From an uncultured Rivularia sp. (GTDB taxonomy: Bacteria; Cyanobacteriota; Cyanobacteriia; Cyanobacteriales; Nostocaceae), in contig OY762007.1 of assembly GCA_963665115.1 (NCBI GenBank), forward strand, positions 2,528,001-2,592,000: a stretch of 64,000 nt of DNA. Direction: 5' to 3'. Below, one piece after another: positions 1 to 9,212 of this stretch; position 1 is the stretch's first letter, and every line of letters starts with the position of its first letter. Position numbers and translations under genes: made by a program. The notes below the pieces were generated by a model, which saw only the letters and a list, made by a program, of their open reading frames with translations, did not search any database and was not told where the DNA came from.

Positions 1-80
1 TTGCGTCTCTACTTGTCCTTTATATTCAACACCTGTCTTTGGACTGGTTTTATTTAATATTTTTGCAGATTGGAGTTTTT

Positions 81-1658
81 ATGTCAGACCCCAACGTTGG
101 TCGCTTACTCGGCAAGCGCTACCGGCTTCAGGAGATAATTGGTACTGGAGCTATGGGTCGAGTTTATCGTGCTAAGGATGTCCTGTTGGGAGGGGTGCCT
201 GTAGCGGTTAAGTTTCTCGCCCTCTCAGTTCAAAACAAAAAAATGCGATTAAGGGAACGTTTTGAGCGAGAAGCCAAAACTTGTGCTTTGTTAGGTCAAA
301 AAAGCATCCATATTGTCCGAGTTATGGACTATGGTGTGGACGAAAAGTCTACTCCGTTTTATGTAATGGAGTATCTTCAAGGTAAAAGCCTTAGTGAAAT
401 TATCCGCGATGAAAAATTTTCTTTACTTAGGTTCTTAAGTCTGGCACGTCAAATATGTTTGGGTTTGCAGTGCGCTCACGATGGCATTGTTGTTGATGGT
501 AAAGTTTGCCCAATCATTCATCGTGATATTAAGCCAAGCAATATGCTGACAATTTACGATGCTAGTTTTGGGGAATTAGTTAAAGTTCTCGATTTTGGTA
601 TTGCCAAATTACTACTATCGGATACTCAGCAAACTAATTATTATCTAGGTACTTTGGCTTACTCTTCTCCCGAACAGATGGAAGGTAAGGAGCTTGATAA
701 TCGCTCAGATATTTACAGCTTAGGCGTAATGATGTTCGAGATGTTGACGGGAAAGATGCCTCTAGTCCCGGAAAATCCCTCTTTTGGAGGATGGTATAAA
801 GTACACCATCACAAACCACCCCGCTCTTTTTCTGAGGCTAACCCCAGATTACAATTGCCTTTAGAAGTAGAAAATTTGGTGATTAAATGTCTGGCGAAGG
901 AAGCAAACGAGCGTCCTCAAAGTATTAATGAAATTCTCAAAGAATTGGCATCTATAGAGCAACGTTACGAAAATACTCAAGTTCGGACAAACACCGTTAC
1001 TAATGCTCAGTTGAATAGCAACGCTGCTGCTCAAGCTCCTACACTCAAAGCTGATTTTCCTCAACACGATAAGCTTGATGCAAATACTGACTCTTGCAAT
1101 GAAGAAATTTTAAAACAAGCTGTTTGGCCTCAAGATAAACCAATTGCTGATATTGTTTTTCCTCAAAATATTCAGCTAAATGGTAATTTTACACCTGCTT
1201 TATGGGTAATGTTACCGCAAATAGAAATTCAGAAGCGTTTGGTTTGTACTCGCTACAATCAATTCCTATTTATTACTGCACCCCATCCGATGCTGTTATG
1301 GATTACCGTGATTTACCATCGCAAGTTCGGTGCAAAATGGCTTCCTCACTATCTCGACTTGAAAACTAATGCGGGTAAAGATATTGCTACTCTCTTAGGA
1401 GATACAGGTTATTACCGTCTGGTATTTTTTGGAAGAGAAACTCCCTCAAAGTGCAGCCACATTCTACTTTCGAGTATCGCACCTGTTCAACGTCAGCGCC
1501 TACTCTCCTGGGTAAACATGAGCCACACGCTACCATCTTCTGCTAAACCCCAGTTTAGTAAAAACTTGCTCAAAGCCGAATATCATAAGATTAAACCGCA
1601 GATTTTAGCCAAATTACAGGGAATTAATACAGATTCTCCTTTCGACCTTTCTGCTTAA
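81..1658 (+). CDS. Hanks-type Ser/Thr protein kinase (SpkA-like) with cyanobacterial C-terminal domain
   Basis: Motifs GTGAMG, VAVK, HRDIKPSN, DFG and SPE. ATG at 81 follows GGAG; the ORF track starts at TTG 39. Confidence 0.9.
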   Translation: MSDPNVGRLLGKRYRLQEIIGTGAMGRVYRAKDVLLGGVPVAVKFLALSVQNKKMRLRERFEREAKTCALLGQKSIHIVRVMDYGVDEKSTPFYVMEYLQGKSLSEIIRDEKFSLLRFLSLARQICLGLQCAHDGIVVDGKVCPIIHRDIKPSNMLTIYDASFGELVKVLDFGIAKLLLSDTQQTNYYLGTLAYSSPEQMEGKELDNRSDIYSLGVMMFEMLTGKMPLVPENPSFGGWYKVHHHKPPRSFSEANPRLQLPLEVENLVIKCLAKEANERPQSINEILKELASIEQRYENTQVRTNTVTNAQLNSNAAAQAPTLKADFPQHDKLDANTDSCNEEILKQAVWPQDKPIADIVFPQNIQLNGNFTPALWVMLPQIEIQKRLVCTRYNQFLFITAPHPMLLWITVIYHRKFGAKWLPHYLDLKTNAGKDIATLLGDTGYYRLVFFGRETPSKCSHILLSSIAPVQRQRLLSWVNMSHTLPSSAKPQFSKNLLKAEYHKIKPQILAKLQGINTDSPFDLSA

Positions 1659-2085
1659 ACAAATACCACAGGATTTATATGCTTTCACTGTAATATTTAC
1701 TCAACTAATATTAATTTTTTTTAAGAAAATGCGTTGAAAGACCTGAAATACAGGTATAAGAATAATATATAATTTTTGATTGAAGGCTTACAGTGTTTGA
1801 ATCTGAGGGCTTGTAAGTTGTTTTATTGATTCGGAAGTAATTCTGATGAATTTAATCCGGCTTAATTAGAAATGGCTTAGCCTAAAGTATGCTTTACTTT
1901 TACAAGAGTCAGTAAGTAGGGGTATACACCCTAACTAATCTTGTTTAGAAGCAGGTCATAGTTTTGCTAAAAATACGTTCCGATCGAGGTTAAATAAATA
2001 GTTGACGCCCCAGCATCCCCAGCTTTTTTCCGTCTGCAAGGAACCTAGCAAGAGAAGGAGGTCGTCCACTTTGACGCTATATAGC

Positions 2086-2283
2086 CTATGCCCAAGTGGA
2101 ACCCGAATCCAAGCCCCACTGATGCTTGAGAAGTTCTTGGTAAGTAGCTTCTTTAACAACCATTTGCTCGTAAAGCTTGACCAAGAAGTCCTGAGCTTGT
2201 TCGTGGCTCATGCCTTGAACTTGGCTAGCAAAGGAGCGAATGCTAAATTGCTGCTCCAAAGAAAGTTCGATTGGTTGGCTCAT
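2086..2283 (-). CDS. nblA: Phycobilisome degradation protein NblA
   Basis: 65 aa with the NblA signature LSLEQQFSIRSF...QAQDFLVKLYEQM. Confidence 0.95.
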   Translation of the reverse strand: MSQPIELSLEQQFSIRSFASQVQGMSHEQAQDFLVKLYEQMVVKEATYQELLKHQWGLDSGSTWA

Positions 2284-2717
2284 TTTTCAAACTCCAATAA
2301 CTAAAGAATAAAATAACAGCGAATGAAACTGCATTAGTAACTACAGAGACAATACGATCTGAGTAAGCAGTGAATTTGCCTGGAAATTATTACCTCCTGT
2401 ATAAAGAAAGATAACAATTGTTTGACATATTGCCCACCGTCGGAATGTCTATTTTTGGCTTTTATCTGTCTTGCATCTCTTCCGAATGATATAAACCTCA
2501 AGTTTGAAGAGTCATATTTCGGTTCTTGCTTAAGTTGTTTGGGCTTATTTAAATAAATGTATCGTTGGAAACTGATGAACGAATCAGCTTTACCCACGAA
2601 TAGCTTGGTTTAAAGCAGATTATTAAGTAAGCTCAAGAAAGACGGGAGAGTAATTAAGGGTGAATTATATTCCCATAGCTTGTAAGCGGCAAGATGTCAA
2701 TTTAGCAAATATAAAAA

Positions 2718-2751
2718 TTTAACCTCCGAATATATTATTTCGGAGGTTAAA
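2718..2751. terminator. Inverted repeat, probable terminator downstream of pphA
   Basis: TTTAACCTCCGAA-N8-TTCGGAGGTTAAA, a perfect 13-bp stem. Confidence 0.55.
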
Positions 2752-2840
2752 GTATTTGTATCAAGTTGTAACTAGAAAAAATGCTCAGACTGAACAAATT
2801 GATGAGTATTTTTACTATTAACGGAAAAAAATGCTCTTTT

Positions 2841-2854
2841 GTATTACAAGTTAC
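2841..2854. promoter_or_regulatory. Possible NtcA box upstream of nblA
   Basis: tGTA-ttacaagt-TAC matches GTA-N8-TAC, and nblA is nitrogen-regulated. However, it lies about 560 bp from the nblA start, on the far side of the putative terminator, with no clean TAN3T box at 22 nt. Confidence 0.3.
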
Positions 2855-2915
2855 CGAAGAAAAATTTTCTCATACCTCTGCCCATCTATAGACAATCAAG
2901 ACTAATCGATAAAAT

Positions 2916-3644
2916 CTAATCTTCTAGTTCGACAATCACAACAGTAATATTATCGTGTCCGCCTTGATCTTTAGCTCCTTCTATTAGAGAAAGAGCAGTT
3001 TTTTCAAGTACAGTATTTTCTTGCATATAGTAAGCTATCTTTTCATCTGCAAGTTCCTCAGTCAAACCATCGCTGCATAATACAAGGCGATCGCCAGATT
3101 TAACATCAAGCGGTTGCACGTCAACTTCATTTAAGTCGTCACGTCCGAGACAGCGAGATAAAACATGGCGGAAAGGATGATTCCGCGCTTCTTCTATGTT
3201 GATATCGCCCATTTTTAAAGCGCGTGCAACCCAAGTATGATCTTCAGTGATTAATTCCAATAGAGAAGAACGCCAGCGATACAAGCGCGAATCACCAATG
3301 TGAGCAACGTAGGGAGACTCACCGGGGCGAAATACAACTGCGACTACAGTAGTTCCCATATCGGCTCGTTCCGAATTTTTCTGCTGATCTTGCAGAATAG
3401 CTTCGTTGGCTTGCCATAAAGCAGACTGTAACAATTCGTCCGAAGACTTAGAGGCATCCCAATTAGATAACAGGTACTTTTGAATTTCCAATGCAGCAAT
3501 TCGACTTGCCTCCTCACCTCCGGCGTGACCGCCCATGCCGTCGGCTACAATGAAAAATCGACCTTCCGGGTCAATATAGAAAGCATCCTGATTACTAGAA
3601 CGAATAAGTCCCGGATCGCTAAAACCCGTGAATTTAAGTTTCAT
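2916..3644 (-). CDS. pphA: PP2C/PPM-family protein phosphatase (PII phosphatase PphA-like)
   Basis: Motifs NQDA, VADGMGGH, MGTT, HIGDSR, LCSDGL and GGHDNIT. It lies downstream of an ABC1 kinase, as in the Synechocystis sll1769-1771 cluster. Confidence 0.85.
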   Translation of the reverse strand: MKLKFTGFSDPGLIRSSNQDAFYIDPEGRFFIVADGMGGHAGGEEASRIAALEIQKYLLSNWDASKSSDELLQSALWQANEAILQDQQKNSERADMGTTVVAVVFRPGESPYVAHIGDSRLYRWRSSLLELITEDHTWVARALKMGDINIEEARNHPFRHVLSRCLGRDDLNEVDVQPLDVKSGDRLVLCSDGLTEELADEKIAYYMQENTVLEKTALSLIEGAKDQGGHDNITVVIVELED

Positions 3645-3661
3645 ATAGTTTTATATTTAAA

Positions 3662-5347
3662 CTAATACATACGGTCGTAACGGTCGAGGCGCAAAAGCAA
3701 TCTAATTAACAGCCACGATACAGTTGCTGCAATTAAACCCGCAAAGACTGCGAACCATACATAATTCTGAACCAACAATATCGTAGCTGAAAGGGTAAAT
3801 CCACTGATAATCAGCGCATAAATTCCTCCTAGCTGGATATTTGTTTGTCTTCGCAGCAAACGCTCTGTTTCAATAGATCGGACGCGCACTCGCACATCTC
3901 CCCGCTCAAGTTTTTCTAATGTCTCTTCTAATCTACGTGGTAGACCAAATGCACTAGTACTTACTTGAACTGCTTGACGACTCAGTTCGTTAATTATACT
4001 GTTCCCCTCAGAACCATTCATATCACTCATAAGCTGCATTGCGTATGGTCTAGCGACTTCCATAAAGCTAAATTCTGGATCTAACCCTTTACCGACTCCC
4101 TCAAGAGTAGAAAAAGCTCTCATCACAAAAGTGAACGTAGCCGGAAATCTAAACGGCTGATCGTAAGCTATTTCGTACAAGTCTTCACTGATACTTGCTA
4201 CTGACTGTTTCTCGAAGGGCTTGTCCATAAAGTGATCCAGCATATACTGAACCGAACGCCGCACTGGTCCCATGTCATCGGTTTGTGCCAATGCTCCTAA
4301 ATTAACTAACGAATTAACAACTCGCTCGCCGTCTTTAGAAGCAACACCAAAAAGTGTATCCATTAATCCTTCGCGCACGTTGGACTGAATTTTGCCCATC
4401 ATGCCAAAGTCATAAAATATTAACGCACCATCAGGACTAACGGCAATGTTACCAGGATGGGGATCGGCATGGAAAAAGCCATTATTCAGCAATTGATGCA
4501 GGTAAGCTTCGGCTCCTTGACGGGCAAGAACCTTTCGATCCAAACCTGCTGCTTCCAAGGCTTCGTACTGACTAATTTTAATACCAGGTAAGTATTCTAA
4601 CGTCAAAACCCTGGGCGAAGCATAGCGCCAATAAACACGCGGAACTTTAACCCACTCTTGAGCGCGGAAGTTACGGCGGAAAGTATCGGCATTACGACCT
4701 TCGTTCAGATAATCAATTTCTTCCCAAAGAATGCGGCAACATTCCTCATAAATACCAACCCAATCTCGTCCTCTTCCCCATTTCGGATGATTTTGAAAGT
4801 ATTTTGTAATACCTTTAAGAATTTTTAAATCAATTTCAAAAAGTTGTTTTAATCCCGGACGCTGTATTTTAACAACAACCGATTCCCCAGAATGTAGCAC
4901 AGCTTTATGAACTTGTCCCAAACTCGCAGCAGCTAAAGGAATAGGTTCAAAACTTGCAAACAATTCGGGAATTTTCTTTCCGAGTTCGTATTCAATAATT
5001 TCTTCTACTTGCTCGTAACTAAAAGCTGGGACTTTATCTTGCAGTTTAGTTAATTCTTGTACATATTCGCTGGGAAATATATCGGCACGAGTAGAAAATA
5101 ACTGACCTACTTTAATAAAAGTAGGTCCTAAATCTAGCAGAGTGTTACGAATCCAAACTGCTTGCCATTTTCTTCTTGCAGCCTTTTTGGTGTCGCTGGC
5201 TCCCCCGCGATAGCTCCAGGACTTATTGTATAGCCAAAGTCTTAACATTAAAGTTAATACGAATGACCAAATATCAACAAAGCGTCGCCTGCTAGAATAA
5301 TTTTTGCGGTTCCAACGGTATGCGTTATCTGAATAACCCTTTTCCAT
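3662..5347 (-). CDS. ABC1/UbiB/AarF atypical kinase
   Basis: Motifs GPTFIKVGQ, AAASLGQVH, VKIQRP, FFHADPHPGN and DFGM, plus C-terminal TM helices. The alternative start is TTG 5374. Confidence 0.92.
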   Translation of the reverse strand: MEKGYSDNAYRWNRKNYSSRRRFVDIWSFVLTLMLRLWLYNKSWSYRGGASDTKKAARRKWQAVWIRNTLLDLGPTFIKVGQLFSTRADIFPSEYVQELTKLQDKVPAFSYEQVEEIIEYELGKKIPELFASFEPIPLAAASLGQVHKAVLHSGESVVVKIQRPGLKQLFEIDLKILKGITKYFQNHPKWGRGRDWVGIYEECCRILWEEIDYLNEGRNADTFRRNFRAQEWVKVPRVYWRYASPRVLTLEYLPGIKISQYEALEAAGLDRKVLARQGAEAYLHQLLNNGFFHADPHPGNIAVSPDGALIFYDFGMMGKIQSNVREGLMDTLFGVASKDGERVVNSLVNLGALAQTDDMGPVRRSVQYMLDHFMDKPFEKQSVASISEDLYEIAYDQPFRFPATFTFVMRAFSTLEGVGKGLDPEFSFMEVARPYAMQLMSDMNGSEGNSIINELSRQAVQVSTSAFGLPRRLEETLEKLERGDVRVRVRSIETERLLRRQTNIQLGGIYALIISGFTLSATILLVQNYVWFAVFAGLIAATVSWLLIRLLLRLDRYDRMY

Positions 5348-5478
5348 AGCTTTTGCAAAGCCGTTGATTTTCAACCGAGCATAAACTAAGAGATGTTATC
5401 TCCTAGCACTCGGAATTCTTACCAACGGAAATACCCCTTTATTTCCTTTTATTATCAATTTTCGATTTTTCTCTAGCT

Positions 5479-5817
5479 TTAGACGGAACCGCTACGATGA
5501 CGTTGCAATTCAGTACGTAATACAGCAATTTCTGCTCGTAGTTCATCAATCATTGCTTGCAGATCGAGAGGCTCAGAACTAGTTTGCCCAGTTCCTGGAG
5601 AAGTGGTATAGGTTCCACTCCCAGTACCAGCAGTTTCCTGCCCACGTTCGGCTCGTTCCATCACTTCAGTAGTAAACGAGCGCATATGCTCTTTTAGTTC
5701 GGCATCTAGTTTACCGAGTTCGCTCAAAGCATCTGTAAAAGCGCCTTCCATACGTTCATTAATGACTTCAGCAGCGGCTCTGCCTACGAAAAATGCTTGC
5801 ACAAGGGGGTTACTCAT
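5479..5817 (-). CDS. Conserved cyanobacterial coiled-coil protein (Sll1769-like)
   Basis: MSNPLVQAFFVGRA... N-terminus and DLQAMIDELRAEIA C-terminus; syntenic with the ABC1 kinase and pphA. Confidence 0.75.
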   Translation of the reverse strand: MSNPLVQAFFVGRAAAEVINERMEGAFTDALSELGKLDAELKEHMRSFTTEVMERAERGQETAGTGSGTYTTSPGTGQTSSEPLDLQAMIDELRAEIAVLRTELQRHRSGSV

Positions 5818-6338
5818 AATTAGTTTTTTTATGTTTATCCGCAAAAAAATTATAACTTGCCACTATGCTCAACGTGCTTATATAACGCCAGATTTGCTTG
5901 ATATTATTTTTGAGTTGTTTTAGAAGCAGAGCAATCAATATTACCGTAAATCTTTGCAATGTGCAGCTTTGAGTAGATTACAGCCTCACATTCACAGCTA
6001 ACCTATGATTTTGTATAAATGATTATCACCCACGATTTTGAAAATATATTCCTAAAAATATATTCTATTTTATGTCATCAAAATCACACAAATTAAGAAA
6101 TAATTAAGAAATTAGCTTTGTTAAAAAAGCGGGTTTCTAAGTACATCCATTTTTTACAGAACACATCGAATTTCGATGTTAAGCGTGGATTTTGCCTAAA
6201 GGTAAGTTTGCCGTGATTCGTGCAGCTAATTTTATAACCCGTTGTTAAGCCCGTATTAATAAATATTTAATACTTATATATCTTGAGCCAGAAACATACA
6301 AGAGAGTAATTACCTTAGCTAATGTTAAGTTAATTGAA

Positions 6339-6408
6339 CTTTAGCAACATAAATGTTGTTAAAGTAATGTATATTGAGTTAAGCAACACAAATGTTGCTT
6401 TAGTAATG
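6339..6408. promoter_or_regulatory. Tandem palindromic operator-like sites upstream of the LysR gene
   Basis: CTTTAGCAACATAAATGTTGTTAAAG and AAGCAACACAAATGTTGCTT, about 40 bp apart, each followed by AGTAATG. Confidence 0.5.
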
Positions 6409-6514
6409 AATTTTATATATATGGGAAATAAAAACTGTATCCAGTTCAAAGTTGCAAAACTTCGCTGTTGAATCGTTAAGTATCAATGTAACTAAGTCAA
6501 TAGTTAATAATTTT

Positions 6515-7546
6515 ATGAAAAGTTATGTAGGGGATGTTAGACAGAAAGACACTCTCTTAAAGTCCATTACTTTAGACCAATTACAGGTATTTGAAGCTGC
6601 TGCTAGACACTCTAGCTTTACTCGTGCAGCAGAAGAATTATTTGTAACTCAGCCCACCGTATCGATGCAGGTAAAGCATCTTACGCAAGCGGTAGGTGTA
6701 CCTCTATTTGAATACGTTGGGAAGCGTATTTATCTAACGGAAGCAGGAAGAGAAGTTTTAAGTACTTGCAAGGAAGTTTTTAAATGTCTCGACAGGCTTG
6801 AGACTACCATTGTCGATTTAAAAGGGATGAAGCAAGGGAGACTGCGATTAGCAGCAGTTACTACAACTAAATACTTTATTCCTAAATTACTCAAACCATT
6901 TTGTAAACTTTATCCTGGCGTTAGCGTTTCTTTAGAAATAACAAATCATAACGTTCTACTTTCACGGTTGAATGAGAATCTTGACGACCTTTATATTCTC
7001 AGCTGTCCGCCGGAAAGAGAAGATATGGAGACAAAGGCATTTTTGGATAACCCCTTAGTTTTAGTTGCCCCGTGCGATCATCCTCTTGCTCATAAGCGTA
7101 ATATTCCATTAGAATACTTAACCGACGAACCTTTTATCATGCGAGAGCAGGGTTCTGGAACTCGTAAAGTAGTACAGCAATTTTTTGCTCAGAATAAAAT
7201 ATCAGTACCGATAAATCTGGAACTTGGCAGCAATGAAGCTATCCAGCAAGCTGTAATTGATGGTTTAGGGCTTTCAGTCTTATCTCTTCATACCCTCAAT
7301 TCTATAGACACAATAAATAAACTCGCTATATTAGACGTTGAAGGTTTTCCCTTGTATCGCCAATGGCACGTAGTATATCCCAAGAAGAAGCAGCTTTCAA
7401 TTACTGCCAGCACTTTTTTAGAATATTTGCTACTACAAAGCCAGCAATTTTCAGTAGATCAAAAAAATCCTTTACAGCTAATTAAAGATTTGCAAGTCAT
7501 GTCCTCACTTAGCACGCATCAAATAAAAGCAAAAGTTACAAGTTAA
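6515..7546 (+). CDS. LysR-family regulator, CbbR/RbcR/CmpR subgroup
   Basis: HTH ITLDQLQVFEAAARHSSFTRAAEELFVTQPTVSMQ; also TTKYFIP, REQGSGTR and LGSNEAI. Confidence 0.9.
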   Translation: MKSYVGDVRQKDTLLKSITLDQLQVFEAAARHSSFTRAAEELFVTQPTVSMQVKHLTQAVGVPLFEYVGKRIYLTEAGREVLSTCKEVFKCLDRLETTIVDLKGMKQGRLRLAAVTTTKYFIPKLLKPFCKLYPGVSVSLEITNHNVLLSRLNENLDDLYILSCPPEREDMETKAFLDNPLVLVAPCDHPLAHKRNIPLEYLTDEPFIMREQGSGTRKVVQQFFAQNKISVPINLELGSNEAIQQAVIDGLGLSVLSLHTLNSIDTINKLAILDVEGFPLYRQWHVVYPKKKQLSITASTFLEYLLLQSQQFSVDQKNPLQLIKDLQVMSSLSTHQIKAKVTS

Positions 7547-7556
7547 GAGTTATTTA

Positions 7557-7686
7557 ATTTTAGATTTTAGATTTTGCGGAAAGTTGGGGGTGTTGGTTTC
7601 CGGAGCCACTGCGTTGCGCGGGTTCCCCGCGTTGTAGCAAGTGGCGTTCCCCCAAACTTTCCAAGACGGATTTTGGATTTTGGATT
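7557..7686. repeat. Nested small repeat elements within a heptamer run
   Basis: A GC-rich hairpin unit (GGAGCCAC...GTGGCGT, 7602-7647) sits inside a GGAAAGTT...AACTTTCC element, which sits inside an ATTTT(A/G)G run. A related outer element occurs near 41710-41758. Confidence 0.6.
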
Positions 7687-7776
7687 AAAAGTTAGGAGTT
7701 AGGAGTTAAGAGTTAGAAATTTACGAATAATTTAGTCTATTTTTTATACCCACTCTACCCCCCCTCTAACTAAATG

Positions 7777-8373
7777 CTAATCCAACTCTCGGCGACCTTC
7801 CAAAGCTCTTGCTAAGGTTACTTCATCAGCGTATTCTAAATCGCCACCTACGGGTAAACCAAAAGCGATTCGCGTTACCTTGGTGAATGGCTTGATTAAT
7901 TGACCGACATATAGTGTCGTCGTTTCACCTTCTATGCTGGGGCTAATTGCTAAAATAACTTCTTTTGGTTTGCGCTGACTTACTCGTCGTACTAAAGAAT
8001 GAATATTTAATTGCTCGGGGCCAATACCTTCTATGGGAGAAATTACCCCTCCTAGAACATGGTACTTGCCTTTATATTCTCTTGTTTTTTCCAAAGCAAT
8101 CACATCGCGAGAATCTGCTACTACACATATAGTTTCCTTGTCGCGCTTGGGATTGCGGCAAATTTCACAAACAGGTTCGGAAGATAAATGAAAGCATTCT
8201 CGACATAAACCGACCTTTTTTTTGGCATCAATTAAGGCTTGTGCCAAAGCTTCTATCTCCGCTTCAGGTCGTTTTAAAATGTGCAGCGCTAATCTTTGGG
8301 CGGTTTTCGGACCAACTCCCGGCAAGCGTTGCAACTGTTCGATTAATCGTGCTAGAGGACGTGCGTAAACCGT
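7777..8373 (-). CDS. recR: Recombination mediator RecR
   Basis: Hh[15 protein letters not shown]4 zinc finger (CRECF...CEIC), Toprim EGETT, and LEYADEVTL. The conserved N-terminus [11 protein letters not shown] lies upstream of TTG 8334, so the start is uncertain. Confidence 0.95.
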   Translation of the reverse strand, partial: TVYARPLARLIEQLQRLPGVGPKTAQRLALHILKRPEAEIEALAQALIDAKKKVGLCRECFHLSSEPVCEICRNPKRDKETICVVADSRDVIALEKTREYKGKYHVLGGVISPIEGIGPEQLNIHSLVRRVSQRKPKEVILAISPSIEGETTTLYVGQLIKPFTKVTRIAFGLPVGGDLEYADEVTLARALEGRRELD

Positions 8374-8525
8374 TTTCTTGTCTCCAGTATTTGCTTACCT
8401 ATATATAATGACATTCTTAGAGGATTTTGGATGAGTTTTTTCATAAAAGTATTTAGGAGAGCGTCTTCCGAGCGCGTTTTTTACCTAAGTTACCTCAGAT
8501 ATTTCAAGAAAGGACACAAAGACAA

Positions 8526-8656
8526 ATAAGTAGGTGAACAAAAATATTTACCGTCATTATTCGCTGCGCGAAGTAATCCCAACCCTTGCGATTGCTTCGT
8601 TTCACTCCGTTCAACTCGCAATGACAATGTGTAATTAATTTTGTTTAATTACTTAT
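8526..8656. mobile_element. Small IR-bounded element (MITE-like) with a GTCATT...CGCAATGAC core
   Basis: Imperfect terminal inverted repeats ATAAGTAGGTGAACAAAA / TTTTGTTTAATTACTTAT; the core is shared with 62166-62273. Confidence 0.55.
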
Positions 8657-8753
8657 ACTACTGACCGCGAGGTAAGTTTTAAAATCCAAGAACTTTAATA
8701 ATTATCAGTTCGGCGTTGCAAGGTGTATTTACAGTCCTTCAACTAATTATTTT

Positions 8754-8865
8754 AGGACTTACGCACGGATAACGTAACTATAGTCATTGCGACGTAAGGA
8801 AGCACTCACCTGGAGGATGTGGATCATCTCGAACTTTGAAAAATCGTGCTGAGTGCGTAAGTCCT
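8754..8865. mobile_element. MITE-like element with AGGACTTACGCA terminal inverted repeats
   Basis: AGGACTTACGCAC...GTGCGTAAGTCCT; a second copy of the termini is at 62166-62273. Confidence 0.7.
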
Positions 8866-9117
8866 GTATTTAACTAAGATTAATTACTAACAATTTTTTG
8901 ACTTTCCAAAAATTTATGAGTATGGTGTTTTCTCATAAATCATTTAGGATTGCTATATTCCACCATGTTAATTTTACTGGATAACACATTTGCAGTGGGA
9001 GCGAGACGCTCCCAATTTATAACGAGCGAGCAAGATGTATGTCTTTCAGACACGCTCCGCTAACGCACTACCTTTCTGGGGCAGAACAGTACTACCCCAC
9101 CATGTTAATTTTGCAGA

Positions 9118-9167
9118 GTTTGTAGTAAAGACTAAAGTCCTCTTGGGCTGAAGTCCTTACTACGAAC
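9118..9167. repeat. GTAG-type REP doublet related to the RAYT-flanking REPs
   Basis: GTTTGTAGTAAAGACTAAAGTCC...GGGCTGAAGTCCTTACTACGAAC. Confidence 0.75.
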
Positions 9168-9212
9168 CTTACCCTACTCCTTCAAATCGCTAACTTTGGA
9201 GTAGAAGAGCAA

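Noticed and set aside
1956..2597. ORFs 1956..2159, 2002..2304 and 2334..2597 around nblA
   Set aside because: They overlap nblA or its leader and have no recognisable motifs.
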